A stretch of DNA of 34,021 nt from an uncultured Lentisphaera sp. Its GTDB lineage: Bacteria; Verrucomicrobiota; Lentisphaeria; Victivallales; GWF2-50-93. This document shows positions 9,141-16,202 of this stretch, piece after piece. Within the stretch, counting starts at the first letter, position 1. Each line of letters starts with the position of its first letter. A program made the position numbers and the translations under genes. The stretch is taken from assembly GCA_964638335.1 (NCBI GenBank), contig CAZXAC010000001.1, positions 1 to 34,021 of the forward strand, written 5' to 3'. The notes below the pieces were generated by a model that had not been told where the DNA came from, searched no databases, and worked only from the letters and a program-made list of their open reading frames with translations.

Positions 9141-10930
9141 ATTTTTCTTGTTCTGGAAACAGGAATAAGTTGGAAGAAGCTATAAGTAGGTCGGGCAGTT
9201 CTCTGCTGCGTTTGTCCGGAAGTGAAAGGTGGGCTCTGTTTCAGGATCCAGTTGAGATAATGAGGACTGAGAGCTTGGATGAAGTTGAATACGTGATTGA
9301 TGCGGCTGAGAAAAAGACCAAGGAAGGATTGCATTGTTGTCTCATGGTTCCCTACGATTCTGCTCCGGCTTTTGATTCCGCTCTTAGGTCGTCGAGATCA
9401 TATGAGATTCCGGCTGCATGGGCGGCATTATATAAAAAACCGGAACGATTAATTTCTTTTGACGATTTTCCGGATAGTGAAGATGTTGAGATCCGTGCTA
9501 AAAACGAGATAGCCAAAAGGGAATACTTTGATAGCATATCACGAATCAAATCTTTGATCAGGGATGGAGAGACGTATCAGGTCAACTTTACTTTCAGAAT
9601 CAACGCGGCAGCTCCAAGAGCGGCGGAGAATTGTTTTTTGAACCTTTTTAAGTTTCATAGGCCAATATATGGGGCATTCGTAAATACCGGAGATTTGAAA
9701 ATAATGTCTTTTTCTCCGGAGCTTTTCCTTATGAAAAAATCCAATATTCTCACTTCTTTCCCGATGAAGGGAACCGCCGCGAGAATGCCAGTATACGAGG
9801 AAGACCTGCGTGCGGCGCAAAAGTTATCCGCAGATTCCAAGAACAGGGCGGAAAATCTCATGATAACCGACATGGTGCGAAACGATCTTGGAAGAATTTC
9901 CCGCAATGGAACAGTGAAGACGGAGGCGCTTTTCAAGACGGTGACAACTCCGTCGGTACATCAGATGATAAGCATTGTGAATGGTACAATCAAAGGGAAC
10001 ACAGGGCTGATGGATATTTTTCGGGCGATGTTTCCTCCTGCTTCCATAACGGGAGCTCCAAAAGTCAGGACAATGAGCATAATAAAAGAAATTGAGAAAA
10101 GCCCAAGAGGGATTTATACTGGAACGATAGGACATATTTCTCCGAAGGGAGACTTTATTTTTAATGTGGCAATAAGGACCGCAGTAGTATCTGGAAAGAA
10201 TCTAGTGGCCGGAATCGGAGGAGGAATTGTCGCTGACTCCATGCCGAAATCGGAATGGGATGAGGCCTTGTTGAAATCTTCTTTTTTGAAATGTGGTGGC
10301 AGTGGATTCCGCGTGTTCGAGACAATTCTCTTCAGGAGAAATGAAGGCTGGCTATGGCTGGAGGAACATCTTGACAGGCTGGAGAAGTCTCAAAAATATT
10401 TTCTGCGTCGTTTCGACAGAAAAAAAATAAATTCGACATTGTTGAAAGTTTCTCCTAAGTTTCCTTCTGTTGCCAGAGTGAAAATATCTCTTTCAAGCGA
10501 TGGGACTCCGGACGTAGAGTTCAGGGAAATTGTAAAAAATGGATGGAGAGCAAAAAAAATAAATGCGCTCTTTTCAAAGATCAGGACTTCATCTAAAAAT
10601 ATTTTTTTATATCACAAGACAAGCGAAAGGAAGCTGTATGATGAAGAATTAAAAAAAGCGCAAACTGTTGGTTATGATGAAGTTATATTTGCCAACGAAA
10701 AGGGGGAAATTACTGAAGGCGCGATAACGAACATATTTGCGAAGATAAATGGCGGATGGATCACTCCACCGGTTGGATGCGGGCTTTTGCCTGGAATCTG
10801 GCGCTCAAAAATGATTGCCAAGCTTTCCGCGAAAGAGCAAGTAATTGGCATTGAAGAGTTTATGTCTTGCGAAAAAATAATGATTGGGAATTCTGTTCGA
10901 GATTTTGTCTTCGCCAAAATTATAAAATAG
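9137..10930 (+). CDS. pabB: bifunctional aminodeoxychorismate synthase component I / aminodeoxychorismate lyase (PabB-PabC fusion)
   Basis: Chorismate-binding motifs: GETYQVNFTFR, SFSPELFL, PMKGTA, ENLMITDMVRNDLGRI, FPPASITGAPKVRTMSIIKEIE, RGIYTGTIG, GGGIVADS. These are followed by a ~210-aa class-IV aminotransferase/ADC-lyase-like tail (FETILF..GWLWLEEHLDRL ... YDEVIFANEKGEITEGAITNIF). Confidence 0.82.
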   Translation: MNFSCSGNRNKLEEAISRSGSSLLRLSGSERWALFQDPVEIMRTESLDEVEYVIDAAEKKTKEGLHCCLMVPYDSAPAFDSALRSSRSYEIPAAWAALYKKPERLISFDDFPDSEDVEIRAKNEIAKREYFDSISRIKSLIRDGETYQVNFTFRINAAAPRAAENCFLNLFKFHRPIYGAFVNTGDLKIMSFSPELFLMKKSNILTSFPMKGTAARMPVYEEDLRAAQKLSADSKNRAENLMITDMVRNDLGRISRNGTVKTEALFKTVTTPSVHQMISIVNGTIKGNTGLMDIFRAMFPPASITGAPKVRTMSIIKEIEKSPRGIYTGTIGHISPKGDFIFNVAIRTAVVSGKNLVAGIGGGIVADSMPKSEWDEALLKSSFLKCGGSGFRVFETILFRRNEGWLWLEEHLDRLEKSQKYFLRRFDRKKINSTLLKVSPKFPSVARVKISLSSDGTPDVEFREIVKNGWRAKKINALFSKIRTSSKNIFLYHKTSERKLYDEELKKAQTVGYDEVIFANEKGEITEGAITNIFAKINGGWITPPVGCGLLPGIWRSKMIAKLSAKEQVIGIEEFMSCEKIMIGNSVRDFVFAKIIK

Positions 10931-10961
10931 ATTTTTTTTTGGTTTTTTTTGCATTTTATCT

Positions 10962-10991
10962 TTGACAATTTTTTTTTTTCACGGATATTTA
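10962..10991 (+). promoter_or_regulatory. sigma70-like promoter for the lysine-rich micro-ORF (TTGACA-N17-ATATTT, or N18-TATTTA)
   Basis: TTGACA at 10962-10967. The 17-nt spacer contains an uninterrupted T11 run (10969-10979). The -10-like ATATTT/TATTTA lies at 10985-10991, about 55 nt upstream of ATG 11045. Confidence 0.45.
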
Positions 10992-11044
10992 AACAATTAG
11001 TTGTGTGTGCCAAACAAAGTCCACAATCAACCGGAGGTGGGAAA

Positions 11045-11131
11045 ATGGCTACGAAGAAGAAGAAAGCAGTGAAGAAAGTGGCAAAGAAAGCTCCAGCCAA
11101 GAAAAAGGTTGCGAAGAAGAAGAAGAAGTAA
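11045..11131 (+). CDS. 28-aa lysine-rich basic micro-protein (histone-H1-tail-like composition)
   Basis: MATKKKKAVKKVAKKAPAKKKVAKKKKK*, 16 of 28 residues Lys. GGAGG at 11033-11037 lies 7 nt before the ATG. Own promoter upstream and a strong intrinsic terminator downstream. The ORF-track start at 10949 would include the promoter and is rejected. Confidence 0.55.
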   Translation: MATKKKKAVKKVAKKAPAKKKVAKKKKK

Positions 11132-11155
11132 ATCGCGTTCAAGTAACGTGAATGA

Positions 11156-11187
11156 CGAGCCCCGCGCAAGGCGGGGTTTGTTTTTTT
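11156..11187 (+). terminator. rho-independent terminator of the micro-ORF
   Basis: CCCCGC (11160-11165), loop GCAAG, GCGGGG (11171-11176). The stem is extendable by flanking A-U/G-U pairs. It is followed by TTTGTTTTTTT. Confidence 0.8.
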
Positions 11188-11381
11188 GTTTAGTCATTTT
11201 TTTATCCCTAATGAGATCCGCATTTTGATTTATTGATGATATCGCCATCTGTTCCCTCAAGTGAATTCGTTCGTTTTTTATTTTGCTTTGTGGATTGGGA
11301 AAGAAGCTTGTTGCAGATTTTACTACGGTTCAAGTCTGAGCATACTGTCAGGATTTTTTTAATTTCCGTTTGAAATTTTGT

Positions 11382-11402
11382 TTCGTAAGTTTAGCTTACG
11401 AA
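11382..11402. promoter_or_regulatory. candidate operator: perfect 8-bp inverted repeat TTCGTAAG-N5-CTTACGAA upstream of the DeoR-family gene
   Basis: TTCGTAAG at 11382-11389, spacer TTTAG, CTTACGAA at 11395-11402. A third half-site-like TTTCGTAA lies at 11422-11429. All are within 75 nt of the deoR-family start. Confidence 0.35.
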
Positions 11403-11456
11403 CTAGTTAAAGCATTTTTCGTTTCGTAATAAAACATCTGATGGAGGGTGAGTATC

Positions 11457-12215
11457 ATGCAAAATAGAATTTCCAAGATGAAGGATTTTCTTTTATCTCA
11501 GAAGCAGGCATCGGTTTCTGATTTGAAGAAGCTTCTTTGTGTGAGCGAAGTTACGATACGCAAGATGCTTTCCAATTTGGAAAAGGAGGGTTTTCTTCTA
11601 CGCAGGTATGGTGGCGCGATCATCGCCGAGAATCCAAAGCAGATGCGCAGTATACTTTCAAGGATGGATGTCGCAACGAAAGAAAAGAGGGCGATAGCTA
11701 GGGTATGTTCGAACATGGTGAATGACGGTGAAAATATTCTCTTGGATGCCGGGTCTACGACTTTGGCGATAGCAAGGCAGTTGCGTAACCGCAAGATAAG
11801 GATCATTACCAATAGTCTTCCGATAGCGGAGGAATTGTGTGATTCGACTTCGAATGACAACGTTGAAATACTTGGTGGGTCTCTAAGGAAAAATAGCGCA
11901 TCTGTCATAGGGCCGCAGGCCTGCAGGGCGTTGGAAAAAATTCGAGTGGACAAGTCCTTCATAGGGTGTTCGGGGTTTGATCACAAACTTGGTTTTTCCT
12001 GTGAAAATGCAATAGAGGCTGAGACGAAGAGGATGATGCTCAGGTGTGCGGCAAAGAAGATTATCGTGTGTGATCACAGTAAATTTGATCGTCCGGCGTT
12101 CGTGAATTTCGCCGGTCCGGATGAAATTGATGTGGTGGTGTCAGACCAGAGGCCTGACGCTGACACCTTGAGATTGTTTAGAAAGCATGGAAATGAAATG
12201 ATAGTTGCGAAATAA
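11457..12215 (+). CDS. DeoR-family transcriptional regulator (HTH plus sugar-phosphate-binding DeoR C-terminal domain)
   Basis: The N-terminus ASVSDLKKLLCVSEVTIRKMLSNLEKEGFLLRRYGGA is a DeoR HTH. DAGSTTLAIARQL and KSFIGCSGFD are typical of the DeoR_C sensor domain. ATG 11457 lies 9 nt after GGAGG. The track's GTG at 11448 sits inside the SD. Confidence 0.85.
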   Translation: MQNRISKMKDFLLSQKQASVSDLKKLLCVSEVTIRKMLSNLEKEGFLLRRYGGAIIAENPKQMRSILSRMDVATKEKRAIARVCSNMVNDGENILLDAGSTTLAIARQLRNRKIRIITNSLPIAEELCDSTSNDNVEILGGSLRKNSASVIGPQACRALEKIRVDKSFIGCSGFDHKLGFSCENAIEAETKRMMLRCAAKKIIVCDHSKFDRPAFVNFAGPDEIDVVVSDQRPDADTLRLFRKHGNEMIVAK

Positions 12216-12249
12216 TTTGAAAATAAAATAAAAAAAAGGAGAAATAGAA

Positions 12250-13110
12250 ATGTCTGTTCCATTCAAGATTGATCTCAAATCGAAGACTGCTGTGGTAACC
12301 GGAGGCGGGGGAATACTTTGTGGAGCGATGGCCGAGGCTCTTGCTGAGTGTGGTGCGAAAGTCGCGATTCTCGATCTCAAGCTGGAATTTGCGGAGAAAG
12401 TGGCTGCTGGCATATGTGCCAAAGGCGGGAAGGCTATTGGGGTTGACGCCAACGTATTAGACGCGGAGAGTCTCAAGCGGGCAGAAAAGAAAGTATGCGA
12501 GGCATTTGGTCCTTGCGATATTCTTCTCAATGGTGCTGGCGGCAATCATCCCAAGGGGACAACGTCAAATGAGTTTTTGACGCCAGAAGACATGAAGAAG
12601 ATAGGCAGCAAGGATTTTGTCAGTTTCTTTGACTTGGATCCGGAGGGAGTGAAATTTGTTTTCAATCTCAATTTTCTAGGAACGCTCCTCCCTACACAGG
12701 TTTTTGCCGCCAAGATGGCGGAGAGAAAAAGCGGAGTCATAATAAATGTTTCATCCATGAACGCATTTTGTCCTCTTACGAAGATTCCCGCATACAGCGG
12801 AGCCAAGGCGGCAGTCAGCAACTTCACTCAATGGCTGGCGGTTCACTTCTCAAAGATGAATGTAAGGGTCAATGCGATCGCTCCGGGATTCTTTATCACA
12901 AAACAAAATGAAGCTCTTCTTAAAAAACCTGACGGCAGTTTCTCCGACAGAGCCAAGAAAATTTTGAATATGACTCCTATGGGGCGTTTTGGAGAACCCA
13001 GTGAATTGATAGGAGCCCTTCTATGGCTTGCTGATGACAAAGCCTCTGGATTTGTGAGTGGGGTTGTTGTTCCTGTTGACGGGGCTTTTTCCGCTTATTC
13101 CGGTGTTTGA
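12250..13110 (+). CDS. short-chain dehydrogenase/reductase, resembling the D-mannonate/fructuronate oxidoreductase-type SDR subfamily
   Basis: Cofactor motif KTAVVTGGGGILCGAMA. Catalytic region NVSSMNAF ... YSGAKAAVSNFTQWLA. Also NAIAPGFF and the C-terminus VPVDGAFSAYSGV. The subfamily call is from memory of the long 'NHPKGTT' insertion and is tentative. Confidence 0.8.
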   Translation: MSVPFKIDLKSKTAVVTGGGGILCGAMAEALAECGAKVAILDLKLEFAEKVAAGICAKGGKAIGVDANVLDAESLKRAEKKVCEAFGPCDILLNGAGGNHPKGTTSNEFLTPEDMKKIGSKDFVSFFDLDPEGVKFVFNLNFLGTLLPTQVFAAKMAERKSGVIINVSSMNAFCPLTKIPAYSGAKAAVSNFTQWLAVHFSKMNVRVNAIAPGFFITKQNEALLKKPDGSFSDRAKKILNMTPMGRFGEPSELIGALLWLADDKASGFVSGVVVPVDGAFSAYSGV

Positions 13111-13143
13111 AAAATATGCGTTCTTGGGGATAATTTTCCAAAA

Positions 13144-14289
13144 ATGAAATTTGTTGTTGACGAAAAAATACCATTCCTAAAGGGTGTCCTCGAAACGGCT
13201 GGGGCGGAGGTCCTTTACCTGTCTGGTGCGAAAATCTGCAGGAGAGATCTGATTGATGCTGATGGTATTATTGTCAGGACACGAACGAACTGTGGAGAAT
13301 CTATCCTGGAAGGTACAAAGGTGAAATTCATTGCTACGGCGACGATAGGATTCGATCATATTGACACTGAATATTGTGATAGTAAGGGAATTTATTGGAC
13401 AAATGCTCCGGGATGCAATTCTTCTTCGGTGGCGCAGTACATCTGTTCAGCTCTTCTGAACTGGTCTGACAGCAGAGGAGTTGATATCAATGGAGCTGCT
13501 ATAGGTATTATTGGTGTCGGCAATGTTGGATCAAAGGTTGCGAAAGTCGCAGACGCTCTCGGGATGAAGGTTTTGCTTAATGATCCGCCTAGACAAAGGA
13601 AGGAAGGGGGGGATTTTGTTTCCATCGAAAAAATATTGCATGATGCGGACGTAATAACCCTACATGTGCCTTTGCAGGATGAAGGAACTGACAAGACGTA
13701 TCATATGGCGGACGATAATTTTTTTCGCGAAATTCGCAGGAAAGCTCTGTTTGTAAACAGTTCTAGGGGAGAGGTTGTTGACAGTTCAGCTCTGAAGAGG
13801 GCCATAAAGGATGGAATTATTCGCGACGCGATTATTGATGTATGGGAGGATGAGCCCGATATTGACCGGGAGCTTCTTGCCTTGGCGAAATTCGCAACTC
13901 CGCACATAGCTGGATATTCTACGGATGGAAAGGCGAACGGGACAGCGATGAGTGTTCGTGCGGCGAGTAAGTTTTTCAAACTTGGTCTTGATGGATGGTT
14001 TCCTGAAGGGGTTCCTCTTCCCTCACAAACGAAGATTGATGTTAGTGATACAGAGTCATGGGCTTCCATACTGAAAGCTGTTAATTTTTCCTATGATATC
14101 AAACGTGACGACAAGTCTCTGAGGAGTTCTCCGTCCGACTTCGAAAAATTGCGCGGTTCATATCCGCTTCGGCGAGAGTTTCCATCATTCTCAGTTGTTT
14201 CTGATAGCGAAGATGATAGAGTTAGGAAAATTTTTAATAAATTAGGATTTATACTGAATTGCGTTCAAAGAGATAGTAAACCCCGCTAG
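13144..14289 (+). CDS. pdxB: 4-phosphoerythronate dehydrogenase
   Basis: Co-linear with E. coli PdxB hallmarks: MKFVVDEKIPF, IVRTRT, FIATATIGFDHID, NAPGCNSSSVAQY, GIIGVGNVG, LNDPPR, DVWEDEP, TPHIAGYSTDGKANGT, and the C-terminal dimerisation region YDIKRDD ... FEKLRGSYPLRREF. Confidence 0.85.
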   Translation: MKFVVDEKIPFLKGVLETAGAEVLYLSGAKICRRDLIDADGIIVRTRTNCGESILEGTKVKFIATATIGFDHIDTEYCDSKGIYWTNAPGCNSSSVAQYICSALLNWSDSRGVDINGAAIGIIGVGNVGSKVAKVADALGMKVLLNDPPRQRKEGGDFVSIEKILHDADVITLHVPLQDEGTDKTYHMADDNFFREIRRKALFVNSSRGEVVDSSALKRAIKDGIIRDAIIDVWEDEPDIDRELLALAKFATPHIAGYSTDGKANGTAMSVRAASKFFKLGLDGWFPEGVPLPSQTKIDVSDTESWASILKAVNFSYDIKRDDKSLRSSPSDFEKLRGSYPLRREFPSFSVVSDSEDDRVRKIFNKLGFILNCVQRDSKPR

Positions 14290-14315
14290 GCGGGGTAAAG
14301 ATTGCGAAATATTCA

Positions 14316-14337
14316 GATGCGGAACTGGGATGCGGAA
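14316..14337 (+). repeat. tandem direct repeat GATGCGGAA (x2, 13-bp period) in the pdxB-gnd spacer
   Basis: GATGCGGAA at 14316-14324 and again at 14329-14337. The second copy runs into the 5' arm of the adjacent long hairpin. Confidence 0.6.
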
Positions 14338-14370
14338 TTCTGCCGCTACTAAAAGTAACGGCGGGATTTC
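14334..14370 (+). other. 17-bp imperfect RNA hairpin (strand-specific), function unknown
   Basis: GGAATTCTGCCGCTACT (14334-14350), loop AAA, AGTAACGGCGGGATTTC (14354-14370). This gives 13 Watson-Crick pairs, 3 G-U pairs and 1 C/A mismatch. The G-U pairs become A/C mismatches on the minus strand, so the structure favours a + strand transcript. No U-tract follows. Confidence 0.5.
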
Positions 14371-14399
14371 GCGACACAGAAGCTGCGCTGAATAGACGC

Positions 14400-14435
14400 A
14401 ACCGCTTAGCGGCAAGGTTCTTTTGAGTTTGTTTT
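14400..14435 (+). terminator. weak candidate intrinsic terminator downstream of pdxB
   Basis: AACC-GC...GC-(AA bulge)-GGTT hairpin at 14400-14419, followed by CTTTTGAGTTTGTTTT. The stem is short and bulged, so confidence is low. Confidence 0.3.
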
Positions 14436-14573
14436 GATAAATCGCTCTCGGACGATATCTATATCGCCCTTCAATCAATTTACCAAAACATCCCTCAAAG
14501 TATCTCTTGTCCTTCCTAACTCTTTGAATGCAACTCAGTATTAGAATCAAAACCAAATCAAATAAATAAGGAG

Positions 14574-16037
14574 ATGATGATGAAGAAGAAGGCGGACATT
14601 GGTCTTGTCGGATTGGCTGTCATGGGTGAGAATCTCGTTCTCAACATGGAAAGCAAGGGATTCACTGTAGCGGTTTTTAACAGGACGACCAGCAAGGTGA
14701 GCGACTTTGTTAACGGCAGAGGCAAAGGAAAGAAGATTATTGGAACTATGACAGTGCAAGATTTTTGTGCCAGCCTGGAAAAGCCAAGAAAAGTGATGAT
14801 AATGGTGAAGGCTGGTAAGCCGGTTGATGATACTATCGCAACGGTGATGCCCTTCCTGGAAAAGGGCGATATCGTGATAGACGGAGGCAACAGTCATTTC
14901 CCTGACACCATAAGAAGAACAAAGGAACTCGCCGGGAAGGGAATTCTATTTATTGGAACTGGAGTTTCTGGTGGAGAGGAAGGAGCATTGAAGGGACCTT
15001 CGATAATGCCTGGTGGAAATCCCGACGCATGGAAACATGTGAAACCAATATTTCAGGCGATATCTGCTAAAGTTTCGGATGGAAGCCCGTGCTGTGAATG
15101 GGTTGGAGATGACGGGGCCGGACATTATGTCAAGATGGTTCACAACGGCATTGAGTACGGCGACATGCAGATGATATGTGAAGCGTATTTCCTGCTGAAG
15201 AATGTTCTTTCAATGGAAGCTCAAGAGTTGCATAAGGTCTTTACCGAATGGAACGATGGAGAATTGGACAGCTATCTTATAGAGATAACTCGGGATATTT
15301 TTGCCAGGAAAGATCCTGAAACCGGAAAGGCGATGGTTGATGTTATTCTTGACACTGCCGGACAGAAAGGAACTGGAAAGTGGACAAGCCAGAGTGCTCT
15401 TGACCTCGGAGCTCCTTCTCCAACGATAGCTGAAGCTGTTTTTGCCAGATGCATATCGGCGATAAAGGAGGAAAGGGTTGCAGCATCGAAGATTCTTTCA
15501 GGCCCAGCGTCGAATTTCAAAGGAAACAGAGCTGAATTCGTTAACGACGTAAGGAAGGCTCTGTATGCTTCAAAGATATGTTCCTACGCTCAAGGATTTC
15601 AGTTGCTGAAGCTGGCCGCCGCGGAGCATAAGTGGAGCTTGAAATACGGCGAAATTGCTTTGATGTGGAGAGGCGGTTGCATTATAAGGGCCAAGTTCCT
15701 TGGCGACATCAAGGCGGCGTTTGACGCTGATCCTAAGTTGGCAAACCTGCTTCTCGCACCATTTTTCAGGAAGGCGATAGACGATTGTCAGGCTTCCTGG
15801 AGAAAGGTAATTGCAACCGCGGTTCAGTTGGGTGTGCCTACCCCGGCATTTTCGAGCGCTCTGTCCTATTATGATTCATACCGTTGCTCTACGCTTCCGG
15901 CGAATCTATTGCAGGCACAGAGGGATTTCTTTGGCGCCCATACTTATGAGAGGATTGACAAACCAAGGGGACAATTCTTCCATACCGACTGGTGTGAACT
16001 TGGTGGAACGACGACGTCGTCGACATACACTGCATAA
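14574..16037 (+). CDS. gnd: 6-phosphogluconate dehydrogenase (decarboxylating)
   Basis: [87 protein letters not shown] and [14 protein letters not shown] are canonical Gnd motifs. Three consecutive ATGs (14574/14577/14580) follow AAGGAG, so the exact start is ambiguous. Confidence 0.92.
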   Translation: MMMKKKADIGLVGLAVMGENLVLNMESKGFTVAVFNRTTSKVSDFVNGRGKGKKIIGTMTVQDFCASLEKPRKVMIMVKAGKPVDDTIATVMPFLEKGDIVIDGGNSHFPDTIRRTKELAGKGILFIGTGVSGGEEGALKGPSIMPGGNPDAWKHVKPIFQAISAKVSDGSPCCEWVGDDGAGHYVKMVHNGIEYGDMQMICEAYFLLKNVLSMEAQELHKVFTEWNDGELDSYLIEITRDIFARKDPETGKAMVDVILDTAGQKGTGKWTSQSALDLGAPSPTIAEAVFARCISAIKEERVAASKILSGPASNFKGNRAEFVNDVRKALYASKICSYAQGFQLLKLAAAEHKWSLKYGEIALMWRGGCIIRAKFLGDIKAAFDADPKLANLLLAPFFRKAIDDCQASWRKVIATAVQLGVPTPAFSSALSYYDSYRCSTLPANLLQAQRDFFGAHTYERIDKPRGQFFHTDWCELGGTTTSSTYTA

Positions 16038-16061
16038 TAAGTCAGGATTTGTCTAAATCAT

Positions 16062-16098
16062 AAACGGTGGGGCAATAAAATTGCTCCACCGTTTTTTT
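16062..16098 (+). terminator. strong rho-independent terminator of gnd
   Basis: AACGGTGGGGCAA (16063-16075), loop TAAAA, TTGCTCCACCGTT (16081-16093). The 13-bp stem has one G-U pair and runs into a T7 tract. Confidence 0.85.
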
Positions 16099-16202
16099 AT
16101 ATTTGTCATAAGGAATTTTCCTATCTGTTTTTGATTGTTTTTCACGGTTGATGTGGTATATTTCCCGATGTAAAAATTTTACATTAAAAGGAGGTCCTTT
16201 CC

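Noticed and set aside
8729-9334. 201-aa antisense ORF across the tsaC/pabB junction. Similar long antisense ORFs lie at 12141-12545, 5407-5799, 5875-6348, 16506-16994, 31735-32238 and 32839-33249.
   Set aside because: Each lies wholly opposite a confidently identified gene. Their composition is unremarkable and often Ser/Pro/Arg-rich. None has a recognisable motif or start signal. These are typical shadow ORFs.
10672-11169. 165-aa minus-strand ORF (and 11027-11260, minus strand) overlapping the pabBC 3' end and the lysine-rich micro-ORF.
   Set aside because: The translation is poly-Phe/low-complexity (FFFFFATFFLAGAFFATFF). That is the mirror image of the AAG/AAA-rich sense strand and the T tracts. 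There is no SD, and the ORF crosses a promoter and a terminator.
14281-14297. CCCCGC-TAG-GCGGGG hairpin at the pdxB stop. It resembles the stem of the terminator at 11160-11176, so it could be a REP-like element or a terminator.
   Set aside because: There are only two loosely similar copies in 34 kb. The 3-nt loop is sterically poor, and the hairpin is followed by TAAAGATTGCG and not a U-tract. This is not enough to call a repeat family or a terminator.
14242-14556. 104-aa minus-strand ORF filling the pdxB-gnd spacer.
   Set aside because: It overlaps the pdxB 3' end, has no SD and has an odd composition. The region is better explained by RNA structure on the + strand (G-U-dependent hairpin).
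16170-16182. 13-bp perfect palindrome GTAAAAATTTTAC upstream of the CsgG-like gene.
   Set aside because: The arms are short, almost pure A/T, and sit in an AT-rich promoter region. Chance occurrence is likely, and no second copy was noticed.
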